Source: Trichoplax sp. H2 (taxonomy: Eukaryota). From it: DNA of 64,000 bases. A model generated the notes under the pieces. The model was not told the DNA's origin, made no database searches, and worked only from the letters and a program-made list of their open reading frames with translations. Below, in pieces: positions 41,701 through 54,343 of the stretch. Both the position numbers and the translations under genes were made by a program. Location: NCBI GenBank assembly GCA_003344405.1, contig NOWV01000111.1:62001-126000 (forward strand), given 5' to 3'. Positions within the stretch are counted from its first letter, which is position 1; each line of letters opens with the position of its first letter.

Positions 41701-42789
41701 TAATTTCTATTAATCCATTCTGAATGATAGTAATTTAAATTAAGTCGTAGTAGCTAACTTTGCGGCTAAATAACTATTAATTAGAAGAAAAAGAAAATAC
41801 TTAGCTTTGTGGAATTGAGTTGATCGGATAAGATTAACAGTCATTTCAAGATGTAGATGAAACTGCAGTTTATGGGATTTGAGACCTTTACTTCGTACCT
41901 ACAGCAATATACCTGAGTTGCCTTATTGACATGAACTACTACGACTATCACTTTTGATTACTGTACGCCAGAATTCGGATTCTATTAATCTTAGTAGATG
42001 ATATGAAAGAACAATGGTTGAAAATTTCATAGTAAATATAGCTACAATAGTCGCTATTTATCTTATTCAAGTATTGAGAGTGATTGAACCAGGCTGCATC
42101 GTAAACGATCACCAAACACGACAATTTATACAATCTGTAACTATATAATTTGATACTGAAATCAGTTTATAAGCCTTAAAGCTTCTTAAGTAATAACCGA
42201 TATTAGTAGACCATAGCGATTTTGTAGAAATAAATATCTAATTTTTAATTTCCTTGTCGAAAATATTTTATTAGTTGTCGATAGGTATCCATAGTGGTGA
42301 GATCGTAGCTGGAGTAATAGGTGAAAAATTGCCTAGATTTAGCATATTTGGAGATACAGTGAACATTGCAAGTAGGACACTGACCACAGGAGTACCGGGT
42401 GTTATCAATATCACTGAAGATACTTTTAGGTAAATTTTTGTCGGAACTAACATTCTGTGTAGTCCTAATATTGTGCAATTCGATGTATAAATGTTTATTT
42501 TATGAGTATTTTGGTTGATCTACAAAAGATACCTTTTTTGTTTAATTTAAATAATGTCTAAATTCATATTTTTTATCATTCTAACACTCTGCAACGTCAT
42601 ATCTTCCAATGTAGGTGCCTAGATAGCCCTAAATACTTTGAAAATAAGTATTTAATATCATGCTTAGGCCCTGTAAATATGAAAGGGCGCTCTACTCCGT
42701 TAACTTGTTATATTGTATCACATCAAGCTAAATCTTCAGCATCAACTGCTAATGGCCAAACAAATTCTTGCCCATCTACTATTAATTAG
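35773..42789 (+). CDS. GUCY1B: sGC-3: divergent beta1-type soluble guanylate cyclase subunit with intact H-NOX (~657 aa)
   Basis: Exons: putative ATG-only exon end 35773-35775 (ATG|gtaagt, less certain), 38547-38620 (HGLINHALSLLVKRNFG), 38722-38822, 39974-41298 (NLDSLHDHL, APSFRC, YYSTR), 41471-41611 (VETLGDKYM), 42275-42429 (PRFSIFGDTVNIASRT), 42615-42789 (VNMKGR, stop TAG). Total 1974 nt, in frame. Confidence 0.92.
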
Positions 42790-44929
42790 CAACCCCTAGT
42801 ATATATTTGAAAAAAAATAAACAGATTTATTGATTATGTAAGATGATATTCCCTATAATTCTATAATTTTACAATTTTTCTCTTATTTAGGCCAAATGCA
42901 AAATTAATAATTTAACACTTCCCTCATTTTTTCATATACTTTTACGTTATGTATTGCATTTCCTACTAAATTATTGCAGTAGTCATATAATACGAATATA
43001 GAAATGATTGCTACCCCTTGTATGAAGGATTGCTCTATGTAGATGCTGTAAAGAAGATACGAAAACTTTTTTTGACCACGACTAACATACCTGACTTAAC
43101 TGGTTGAGTTCTATGCCAATTTGTATTTCTTAAAAGTACTGTACTGCATGTCGAATAACTCAATCTAATATCGTTATTCAGCATAAACATGCAGTATTGT
43201 AAGAGGTTGTTATAAAATATCACATCAACTTCATTTGGATAATTTTTATAAATTGCTCATGCATAAAGTTTTGGTTGAATACAAAATTGAACACTCTTTA
43301 CTTTAATTAAAATCATCATTTGATCTAATTTCATGGGTGGCTACAGCTACTTTTATTTTTTATGTCATATACGTACAGACTTAATAGTTAATTATCATTA
43401 TGTATTTAATAATTTGGCATCCTGTAGTATAATATTATATGCAATGTTTAGTCGTATATAATATTAGATACAGAAACTAGGGATGTTCTCCTACATTTTT
43501 GCCTGATTGAGTAATTATCAGGACCCATGAACGGATCTCGACTTCAGTTTACTTAGTATACTGCTACAGCAAGATCTTGTAGCTTAGTATTGGTACACTA
43601 CGATCATTTTTAGGCATTTTATATTAACAAATAAAAAATATTACTCATATCTAATGGACTTTCAACTGTCCTAATTTTAACTACCAACTAGGGTAAAAAA
43701 ACGTCAAGTTGGTCTATCATAATAGATGAAGCATGACAAGCTAGCGAGTAATTGGTCCTGTTCTAGGTCCAATATAAGATACAGTATTATAGGTTTCAGT
43801 TTTGTTACCATTACTACTAAATCTGCTAAGAGTCCAAATAGTGACGCGCAATATGTCACTGAGCCAAACCGCAATGAGCCCGTAAACTGTATTCTAAGGA
43901 TGGCTATCTATGTAGATTGGCATTTATCGTAGTCTGATGACTAATTTCCCATATTAATATTTTACGCTTTCAAATGGCTGGTATTTACTAAAGTCCTAAC
44001 ATGGTTGCCAAAAAGTTAATATCTCATTCCATATCTTATGTTATTCTCATTTATATGTACCTGTTATGAAGCAATATTTACTTCCTTGAAATTGACGACA
44101 GTAATTTTACAGATTTCTATAGATAACTGCCTATTCTGATCAATAATGGCAATTGATGTTGAAGCCGTGGTGGCACGCTATAAATTGTTCAACTTTTCAA
44201 TTGCATTTTGTTTTGAATTCGACAACATAGTCTAAGTAGTTGCTCTGACTTACTGAAATTTGTAGATGGTTAATACTTGAATGGAAATGCAATCGAATGC
44301 AAAGTAAGTAGGGTATCAAACTTATAGTCTTCATTTCTGTCTGTAAACTATTACAAACATCAGTTTGTAAATACTACAGTACAAGCACGGTATTCCTAAC
44401 ATTTGAAAGTTTAAAGCTATCGATTGATGCTTATAACGTACCAGATGCAATGATGGCAGGATATTATGATAGTGAAAGTAAGGTTTGTAGATAGTCATTT
44501 ATGTGATTGCTGTTTACAAAAATAAGAAATACAGGTTGATTCAATTTTTCTTGCTATCTCAGCTTAGTGATATGACTAGCTATTGCATAAATGGTCTGGT
44601 TGTAAGGTGGACTACTTGTATACATTGCATCTACGTTGAATGAAATGCTATTTCCTTTAGTCGCTGTACAGTAGTCTGGGCCATGTCAGTTTGCTAGAAT
44701 GATTTAATGGCATGCCGCTGATAAAAGGATTAAAAGTATTGCTTCAACTACGGTAGTCTAGACTATAGTCATGGCTTAATTAATTAATTATTAACTCAGA
44801 GATGAATGAAAGACAGCAGTTGTAAACTATATAATAAATTATTAGGAGCCAAACATGTAATCGATATAACGATCATATACGGCACGCTATGAATTTGAAA
44901 GTGACTTTACATATTTCATGATGCACGAA

Positions 44930-46380
44930 ACCATCGAGAACTTCTGGATTTTATCTCGATGTTCTATATATCAGTCTGCAAAGTTGCCGCAATGGAAGAA
45001 TTCAATATAAATTTTGCGATTTCTGTCTTGGCCTGCTTCTAAAAGTAGTAAACATTTCATATTTATCCTATATTTACTATTATTAACATTGCTTATTTAT
45101 GCAATGTTCTGCTGCAGAGGTTAAGTCAAGAAGCTTGCATGTTGTAATGTATTTCTTCAGTCCGCTTCAGCCGATCTTGCTGATGCACATTACTACTATT
45201 TACAACGTTGCATGGCGCACTGTTTAGTATTACCGTGCTATATTCTGTATGGTTAACACATTAACTGCAAAGTTGTCCAAATGGAAAAATTTAATATGAA
45301 TTTTGTGACTTCTGAGTTGGCCTGATCCTAAAAGTCAAAACTTTTCATCTTGAATTATTAATTATTAACCTTGATTATGTATATTATGTTCTACTGCAGA
45401 AGTCTATTACAATGCGTTAGTTCGATTTGGTTAAACGATGATACTGATGCGTATGACTACTACTGTACTACGTTGCATGATGGCGCACAGTCTAGTACTT
45501 TAAAATCGTACTGTATGCTGTCTTTTCTACCTACAGAGAAATGTACAGTATAAAAAAAATATCTCAAAAACCGTTCAGATTAATCGGAATAAAAACCTTC
45601 TAGGGAGAGGATTTTATCGCTATGATCAACACATCAGTTTGCAAACTCAGTAAAATAGAAGAATTTGATATAATTGGGTGATTTCTGCGTTGGCCTAACT
45701 GTAAAAGTGACCAATATTTTACATTGAATTATAAAATTACTCATTATTAACGTTGCTTATGTAAGTTATACTCTACTACAGAAGTCCAATAAAGAAACTT
45801 GTCCATTGCAATGATCATGTTCGTTCAGTTTGCTTAGACGATCTTGCTGATATACATGACAATACTGAACTACGTTGCATCAACTTGCATGGCGGTGCAC
45901 CGTCTAGTGCTTTTAACATCGTACACACCGTATGCTTTCTTTCCTACCTACTGTACAGAGTAGTGGACAGTATAAACAAAACAGTCTAAAAAGCATTGAG
46001 ATGAAAGGAGATGAAAAGTTGAAGGAGAGAATTTGATTTCGATGGTCAACACATCAGTTTGTCAAGTTGCTAAAATGGAAGAATTTAATATCAACTTTGT
46101 GATTTCTGTGTTGGTTTATGTGTTGGCCTACTTTTAAAAGTAATGAACATTTCATATTGCATTATTCTAGTTATATTACTGACATTGCTTATGTATACTG
46201 CCAAGGTCAAGTCGAGAAGCTTGTCCATGTAAAATGTGTTTAGTCTAATTGGGCGATCTTGCTGATCCACATGGCTGCTACTGTACTACGTCGCATGTCG
46301 CCCAGTCGAGTAATACTGTATTATGCTTTCTTTTCTACCAACACGGGAGCATACTCTAAAGTGGATAGTATAAACAAAAC
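44930..46380. repeat. Four degenerate tandem copies of a ~290-420-bp unit upstream of sGC-4
   Basis: atcagt(c/t)tg.aaagttg..aa.ggaagaatt anchors at ~44970, 45262, 45633, 46053; cgatcttgctgat and tacgttgcat recur in each copy. Confidence 0.9.
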
Positions 46381-46549
46381 AACGTAATTATAGTGCCTGG
46401 TCATAGTGGATGAAGGTACGGACGGACGGTACTCACCGATGTCGAAACCATCTCCATATCACCTTATCTAATCACTACATAATTTTCTATACAACTAGAC
46501 TAGACAGAGAGATAATAACATGTAGTATATATAATTGCATTCCAGCAAT

Positions 46550-47085
46550 TCACATTGGTCGGGGCCGCCGTATCCAGCTAAAGCGACAAATAAGTAGTTT
46601 GAAACTAATTGAAGTGCAAACTGCAGACCAATCAAGCAGAAAAAAGTCGCCCTAGCACAAGAAGAAGCACTTTTTGACGTTCCAATTTGATAGAGGTAGA
46701 GTTTTGATGGGTTACTATCTCATCTTGTATTGACATGAGTTTGCCGGTTAGGTCATGCATAGTTATCAATGATAGCCTACGTTGATCGTGATCGAAGATC
46801 AAAGAATCATTACGAGCCTACCGTATAAAGGGATTATTGTGTGCTTTAACAGAAATATCTTCCTTTTCAAGTAGTACCGAAACTAAAATTATATCCAATT
46901 TACTTCAGTTATCTTAAGTAAGCTAGATCGTTAACTTCAATGTATTAATTGATTTAGTGTCGAGATTTATCCAGATCAATTCAACTTTCCTGCGTGGTTG
47001 ACGGTATCAAGAATTCCCATTTTTCAGAAGGCGGGACGGGACCCACTAATCAAAACGTAGCAATTGCTGCTTCTTCTTCGTGATG
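46550..47085 (+). promoter_or_regulatory. Candidate promoter/5' region of sGC-4
   Basis: GC-richer unique sequence upstream of the putative ATG exon, containing GACCAATCA (CCAAT 46628-46632), TGACGT at ~46675 and GC-box-like ggcgggacggg at ~47030. Confidence 0.4.
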
Positions 47086-50000
47086 GTAAATGATCCTTGT
47101 AGAGCTAGTACAACTAATTTTTTTGCCTTTCTTGCTTGCTTTGTAGATAAGATTGATGCTAACTTAAAGCTATAACTTAAGCGGACTAGTAGAGACATTA
47201 AAATGTTACCTTTCATTTGACTAAAGAATGATAAAATATCTCTGCTGACGCTTTCAAGTTATAAAGTCATCACGAGTCAAGTGTATGCTTGTAACGGAGC
47301 ACTTAACTTCTTGACAGTAGTGATCCTGTAGTGTACATTTTTTCTTTTTATCATACTCAAGAGATGATTTTCAATTTTTATTTCTGTCGTGAGAATCACT
47401 AGTTAGCAGAACTTTTAGCCTTATGATCAATCATCAATAGCATGGAAAAGTAAGGGCTATTTGATGCACTTTTGTTATTCAATTATAGTACGGATTTATT
47501 AATTATGCACTGGAGTTACTGGTTGTCCGAAAATATGGACAAGAAACATGGAACGAAATCAAGTAAGTTCTCTTTCTATCGACACTTATATAGCATTATG
47601 AATAATTGTAATTTTAATCTTGCAAAATATATGCAAGGTCGTTATCATCTTGAATGTGCCATCTCATGTTTACTAGTTAGTCAACCAAGACACAACAAAA
47701 TTATTTTGCTGTATACAGCATACCCTACTTGAGTTTGCCTATGTTGACAGTGAGATGAAATTAAAGTGTTCTTGGAAAAATGACAAATCATTCAATCGCT
47801 TTACTAATTTGTCATCAAAAGCAGCTATGATACAATATTGGTTGATTCTGTGCATTCGGCTCTCTATAAAGTGTTAGTTATTTCATTTGCTACATACTTA
47901 CGTTTGATCAATCAATTGCTATGCAGTGAAAGTTTAATAAGTTTTTGAACGTCGTTCAATATTCAAAAAACATGGCACAGCAATAAATTATTCACCTAAA
48001 ATTACTCTAGTAATATCATAATCAATCCATCATCATTGCTAATACTTTACATATCTGCCTTAAAGTTACGATATCAACAATTTCTCACCGAAGCTCAATT
48101 TCGGATCGACGCTAGATCGCTAAGATGACTATACTTTTCGAATTGTTATACGAGTGCAGCATAATGTAAAATAGACAATACTGTTATAATTTGCTTTTTT
48201 AATCTAATTTTACTATACTATTGTGCTTTAGCTTCAGAATTAATTTACTTGTCTTAGTGAAATTGTCTATTGGGCCATTAAAATGATCTTTACCTAATCA
48301 TAGATTCTTTTTTTATTATTATTTGTTAGGAAAAAGGCCGAAGTGGATATTGAAAAGCATTTTCTACTACGAATGATTTATGATGACCAAGTTACCTTCG
48401 ATCTGGTTAATGTCGCTTGTGATGTTCTAGGTTAGCTTTCTACAGATATAAACTATGAAGGGAAAATTAAATGCATATCTGATTGTTTTTTTCTGACAAC
48501 GACGTTCAATTTTTTGTGGTTCAGGCAATTTTTTCTTTTCTATCAGTTATTCGATGTTCATCAATACTTCTTAGTTTAATAATTAATTATTTTCCCTATT
48601 GAATGGAAAATATAGCTTACATTCAGCTGCATTTATTTGAGTTTTTGCCATTGCAAGTTTCTATTTTGTTATGGTATCTTTGACAGTCAATCAACATAAT
48701 TGCTGAGAAATACCAACGCCGGCAGTAGTTGACTTGCTAATTTGATATACAGTAGTTCTATAAGCTATAATATGTTGACTAAGTTGCATCGAACTAGCAT
48801 ACAAGACTTTATTCATAATACATCAAACAATCTTAGCATGTGAGTTAGTTGTAGAGGAAAATCATTTATAAATATCGATGTCTTCTTATCGTTTTATTTC
48901 AGAAAATTGTATTCAAATATTCGTTCTTTTATTTATTCGGCATACAATATGCCAAAAGTTTAACATATTAACAAAAATAATTGATCCCTCTATTCCAATT
49001 ACGTTAGCTTTCATATTACCAGTAACTCTGAAAACATCTTTTCGAATCGCATTCAAAAGTGAAAAGAGATTCCAAGAGAGTATTTAAACCATTGATATTA
49101 TCTTTTGACCACATTCAGTCTTTCAGCTACAATTTTCATCAACATCAGAGAAAGGCATACAATTAGCACAGGATACTGATATCAAAAGTTTAAAGAATAA
49201 ACGGAAAGAATTTATTTTTTAAGTTATTTTACGTTTAGATCACTGATTGCTTGGTAGCCGGCTGTCTTGACTTGATAAAAAATTCTAACTACTGTATTAC
49301 AATATAGACGATAAGCGTATTTGTTTTAAGTAAATCTTTCCGCGGCTAATAATTCTAAATCGGATTATCAAACTTTACTCACCGTAATAATTATCAGACA
49401 AAACCTTGTAACCAACACTACAAATGCCGTTATTCAACGATTGTCAAATAATAAGTTAGTTAAATATTAATTCTTGATAAGTGGAGTTTTTTGTTGAATA
49501 CATTATCGTATATTTAGGCTGCGTAGGTATGCATGCAGTCCACTAGAGCAAGTAGTTAATGTTCGTAAATTCCAGGTTGATCTGACAGACATATTAATTA
49601 AAATTTAATGCTAGTCGGCAAGAACTATTCTATAAGCCTTGATATAAATGCCGCACAAGTTATCAAAGAAACCGCAAGCATCATCTTGTTTTGTTCATTT
49701 ATTAATAAACACTAGTGTACTTTTCGGGTATCGTTAAAAAGTTGTAATTTACACATCCACCCCTCTTATCCCAAATATTTCCTTTATTTTCTTATTACGA
49801 AAAGCTGGGCTAGTTATTATCATCTAGATGGTAACTTTACATACACAAATATATGAGTACAATATATATTAACTTTTAATTGACCCTCCAATTCATTGAT
49901 ATTCATGCCAATTTTAAATGGCATAAGCTCAGCAATTAGAACATCCAATACCATTTCTAGCTTAGATTTTAAAGCCGACGAGATTCAGGCTAAATTAACA

Positions 50001-53000
50001 ATGCTATTATGACGACAAAGGAAAGATCTTTGGGTAATTACTGAATGTTATTGGATAGCATTATTCATGGCAAAAGGCAATTAAAACCTAAATACTTGAT
50101 GACGCTGTATGACTTGGTGCTAAAATGCAGTGAAATGAATGATATTATCTGCCAGCTTTACTACATTCGATCCCTGCTGCGAAAAACTTGACTTATTTAA
50201 TTTTTATATTACAGCTTTTATATCATTGTAGATACCCCTGTAGTGCCTATTAGAAAATTAAGTTAATATGAAAATGTCCATCACTGACATTATTTATTTA
50301 TCTTATCGTAGCTAATACGAATACTGTACAATTATATATTTGCAATTCTACTCTTTCGTGTAGTCGCACATTATATACGAAAATAGTATAAAGAACAATT
50401 ATTACGAATTCATGCTATAAGCTAGCTAGTAACGAAGTACAGTTAGTAGAGATGGCAGGCGCCACTATTATTTATTTATCGCTCCAAGTCAAAATTTGGA
50501 TAAATTGGATGTCTTAAATTATTCCTGTTAACTCACGTAGGACTACTCGTGATTGATACTATCGTACGGTGACTAGGCACGGAAAATTTTGACAGTGATT
50601 GACAACTAAGTAGATAGACATCAAAAATATAATTTACAGACATTCGAACACGATGAATAACTGCTCAAAATGCTATGTAATTTCTCAGTCGCAGATCTAG
50701 CATTGCTTAATTCTGGAATCAATTACGCATAATCATCATGTAAAAATGCCCTTAATCATAAGTATTATAAAGATATGCATATGTAAATACATCCTATCAG
50801 TTCATTAGCATATGATGCCTCTCATCATTCACCTAACATAATTCGTAAATGAAGAAAATCAATAAATAATACTATGAGTACGAGTATAATACTATATATA
50901 TACCAATACTTTCACTAGGCTAAATTACACTCACTTTTGCATAATTGATCCAGTATAACTTTATTTTAGCCCTTGTTTACGTCTTATATAAAGGTAACTT
51001 TTGTGAAATCGACTATATTACATTATTGTTTCTCATGATACTTTATTTTTGTCAATTTAGGCCTATCACAAAATGAAATCTTGGAACAGTTTGGAGCAAT
51101 GTTTTTTAAATTTTGTCAAGAATCCAATTATGACAAAATTTTACAGGTTTTAGGGGGTAGCTTAAAAGATTTCTTGTGTAACCTTGATGCTTTACACGAT
51201 CATCTTGGAACTATTTATCCCGGAATGAGAGCTCCATCATTCCGCTGTGTAGAACGATCTTCTGATGGTGCACTAGTGTTATACTATTACTCTTATCGTA
51301 TTGGCCTGGAACATATCGTTATTGGGATAGTTAAAGCGGTTGCTAAAAAGCTGCACAACTGTCAAGTTGATGTAGTCATCGAGAAAACTCGAAACGAAAC
51401 CGGAGATCATGTTGAATTTGCAATTCATATGAAGCCAACGGAAATTTCAAAATTGGATAAGAGGAAATCCATAATGTCTTTAATTGGCACACCTAACGAC
51501 CTTGATGCTGCTGCCATGTCCGAAGATATGTTGATTGGTTCAAGCACCTTTTGTAAAGCTTTCCCTTTTCATATAATGTTTGATCGCGACTTAAATATCC
51601 AACAGGCAGGAACATCAGTGGCTCGTGTCATTCCTCATATGTTAAATCAACAATTTAAATTTTCCCATCTCTTTGACCTGGTTAGACCACAAATGGAATT
51701 TAATTTCGATAGTGTTCTGTCACATATTAATACTGTCTTTGTGTTAAAAACTCACGATGGATTTTTAGATGTTAGCCAGTTAAAAAGTAGTAGTGAAATA
51801 TTTCGAGCAAATAATCAATCCGTACTTCGACTTAAAGGTCAAATGTTATACATTAAGGAGTCTGATGTCATGTTATTCCTTTGCTCACCAAGCGTTGGCA
51901 ATTTAGATGATTTGCAAGGTCGTGGTTTATATCTTAGTGACATTCCAATTCATGATGCAACACGAGATTTAATTTTATTATCAGAGCAATTCAAGGCTGA
52001 GTACGAGCTAACTCAAAAATTAGAAGTTTTAACCGATGAATTGCAAAATACGTATCGCAAGTTGGAAGAAGAAAAACGTCGCACTGATCAGCTACTCTAT
52101 TCCATTTTACCGCCATCTGTTGCTAAAGAGCTACGACAAGGTGGTACTGTCGAAGCCAAAAAGTTTGATGCAGTTACTATCCTATTCAGTGGGATAGTTG
52201 GATTTCAGAAGATTTGCCAAGATTCAGAGCCCATGGTTATTGTTAAGTTATTGAACGACATTTATACTGCCTTTGACGATAATATACGTAACGATGTATA
52301 CAAGGTAATCGAGCAAGATATCCTGTAGTTGTAGATTACTTTCTGTAACATTAAAATGGTACTATTTCTTGTTAAAGTGTATTAATACAACCGTTGCTTT
52401 ATTATACATGTATTTAATAGGTAGAAACCGTCGGTGATATGTATATGATTGTCGGTGGTTTACCGAAACGTAGCAATACCCATGCTAAAAGCGTTGCTCT
52501 TATGGCATTAGACATGATACAACTTACTCAAAGGATTAAAGTCAACGATCAACCTGTTAAGGTACATTATAACCGTTCCTATCATTTTCTGATATGTTTT
52601 TATTACAGAGAAGGTATAAAATAGTTAATTATTCCACGTCTGTACATGTCTACTCATGCAGATTACTATAGGAATTCACTCGGGCGAAATTGTTGCTGGC
52701 GTAGTTGGCAAAAAATTACCTCGTTACTGCCTCTTTGGCAATACTGTCAATATTACAAGTAGAACACAAACAACGGGCGCCGAAGGCAAAATCAATTTAA
52801 CGGAAGTAACGCACAAGTAAGTATATATCAGTAGATAAAGCTTATACTGTTATAATTTTAAAAAAATTCCTTGCTTGTTACTGAGGGCTAAACTTGCAAC
52901 TTTTTTTTATAGATTGTTGTTGCAACCGCAATGTCAAGATAGTAGCTTCTGTTTTACCCAAAGAGAAGATTTGGTAAGAATGAAAGGTCGAAAAGAGCCG

Positions 53001-53222
53001 ATGAAATGCTACTTTCTAGAACGGCATAACAAAAATAAAGCAGTCCATTTAATCATGAGAAATAGTTCAGCAAATAGAAGTTTCCTTTTCAAACCGAGAG
53101 AATCGGAATCGTCGCCTCAATTTACTCCTCCTTCACACGGTACACCACCGCTTACTCTTCCAATGGAATGCCCATTCAAAACTGAAAAGCTATTGCAATC
53201 AGTGGTAAATAAACTAATATAA
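47083..53222 (+). CDS. GUCY1B1: sGC-4: canonical soluble guanylate cyclase beta1-type subunit (NO receptor, ~675 aa)
   Basis: Exons: putative ATG 47083-47085 (ATG|gtaaat), 47489-47562 ([12 protein letters not shown]), 48330-48430, 51061-52304 ([37 protein letters not shown]), 52421-52561 (VETVGD), 52662-52816 (ITIGIH...[16 protein letters not shown]), 52913-53222 (MKGRKEPM). Total 2028 nt, in frame. Confidence 0.95.
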
Positions 53223-54343
53223 AAACCATTATAGTTTTATATTTTGCTAATAAACTACGGAAATACCGCAATTATTCAGTCTACAGCGTCAAGTAGCGCT
53301 CGCGTGTCTTATGCAATTGCACCCTTTGAACAAAATTATAGAATATTCGTATATATCATAGAATGATGACAATTGTAACACGAGATTAGACACCTACCGT
53401 AATAGGTTGGTAATTGGTACGGCACTATACTTGCTTTATGCTAATACTTACATTACTTACTAATCTGTTTGAACTGATAGTATAGTATGCCTGTTCATTA
53501 TGACTACTAATTATAATGATTGCGTATACATTTGTATAGTCGTGTTTCTATTCTACACGCTAAAAAATTGGACCTTAACGTCCCATATGAACTACGATGT
53601 ATTAACTTCTTGAACGATATGTAATTATATAACTTGAAAACTATCTTAATGTGAGTAGATTGGTAATAATTTGGGAGATAATAGCTATAAATATTGGAAT
53701 TATGCATCAAAGTTAAAATTTATGACCTAACTTATCAAATAGCGAATCCATTACTATCGCAAACTATTTGTAAATTTAAAATGCTATACCGTTACAATAT
53801 GACTCACGCGATTTCAAATAGCGAACGTACGGATAATAGGAATGATCTACATCAAATTGATTGCATATACATTATACTGCGATTAGCAGTTTTTTATTAA
53901 GATTGATTCTATCTAATCGTAGATAAGTTTTATTTCGATTACATCTAATCAATAGCAAAACAGATTAGTTTTTTACGGTACACTGTTGTACATCAAATCC
54001 ATATAAATAATAGCCTTCAAAATACTTCTGTATCTCGTAAAGCACATGATGTACGTATAACATCATATATCAAATAGAGAAATGAACTATTTTGATCTTT
54101 GCCTACCTACAATGAATTGTACACAATAAAAACGGTGATGAAAAATTTTTTTCTATTTTTTAATTAATTGCGTAGCAATAGCGTAAATTAACAATGGTAG
54201 AAATAAAAAAAAGCAACATCGGCTTCAGTGATACCCTGTAAGAATTCTGATGTAAATTTTCGTAGAATAAAATGAATATGTTACATTTTTAACACGCAAT
54301 AATAGCGTTTTCATATTGCTTCAACTATTTCAGTATCAGTAAA

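Noticed and set aside
42765-42789. C-terminal CaaX prenylation signal as in beta2/atypical sGCs
   Set aside because: None of the four predicted C-termini (NSQP, DRQS, STIN, NKLI) has Cys at position -4.
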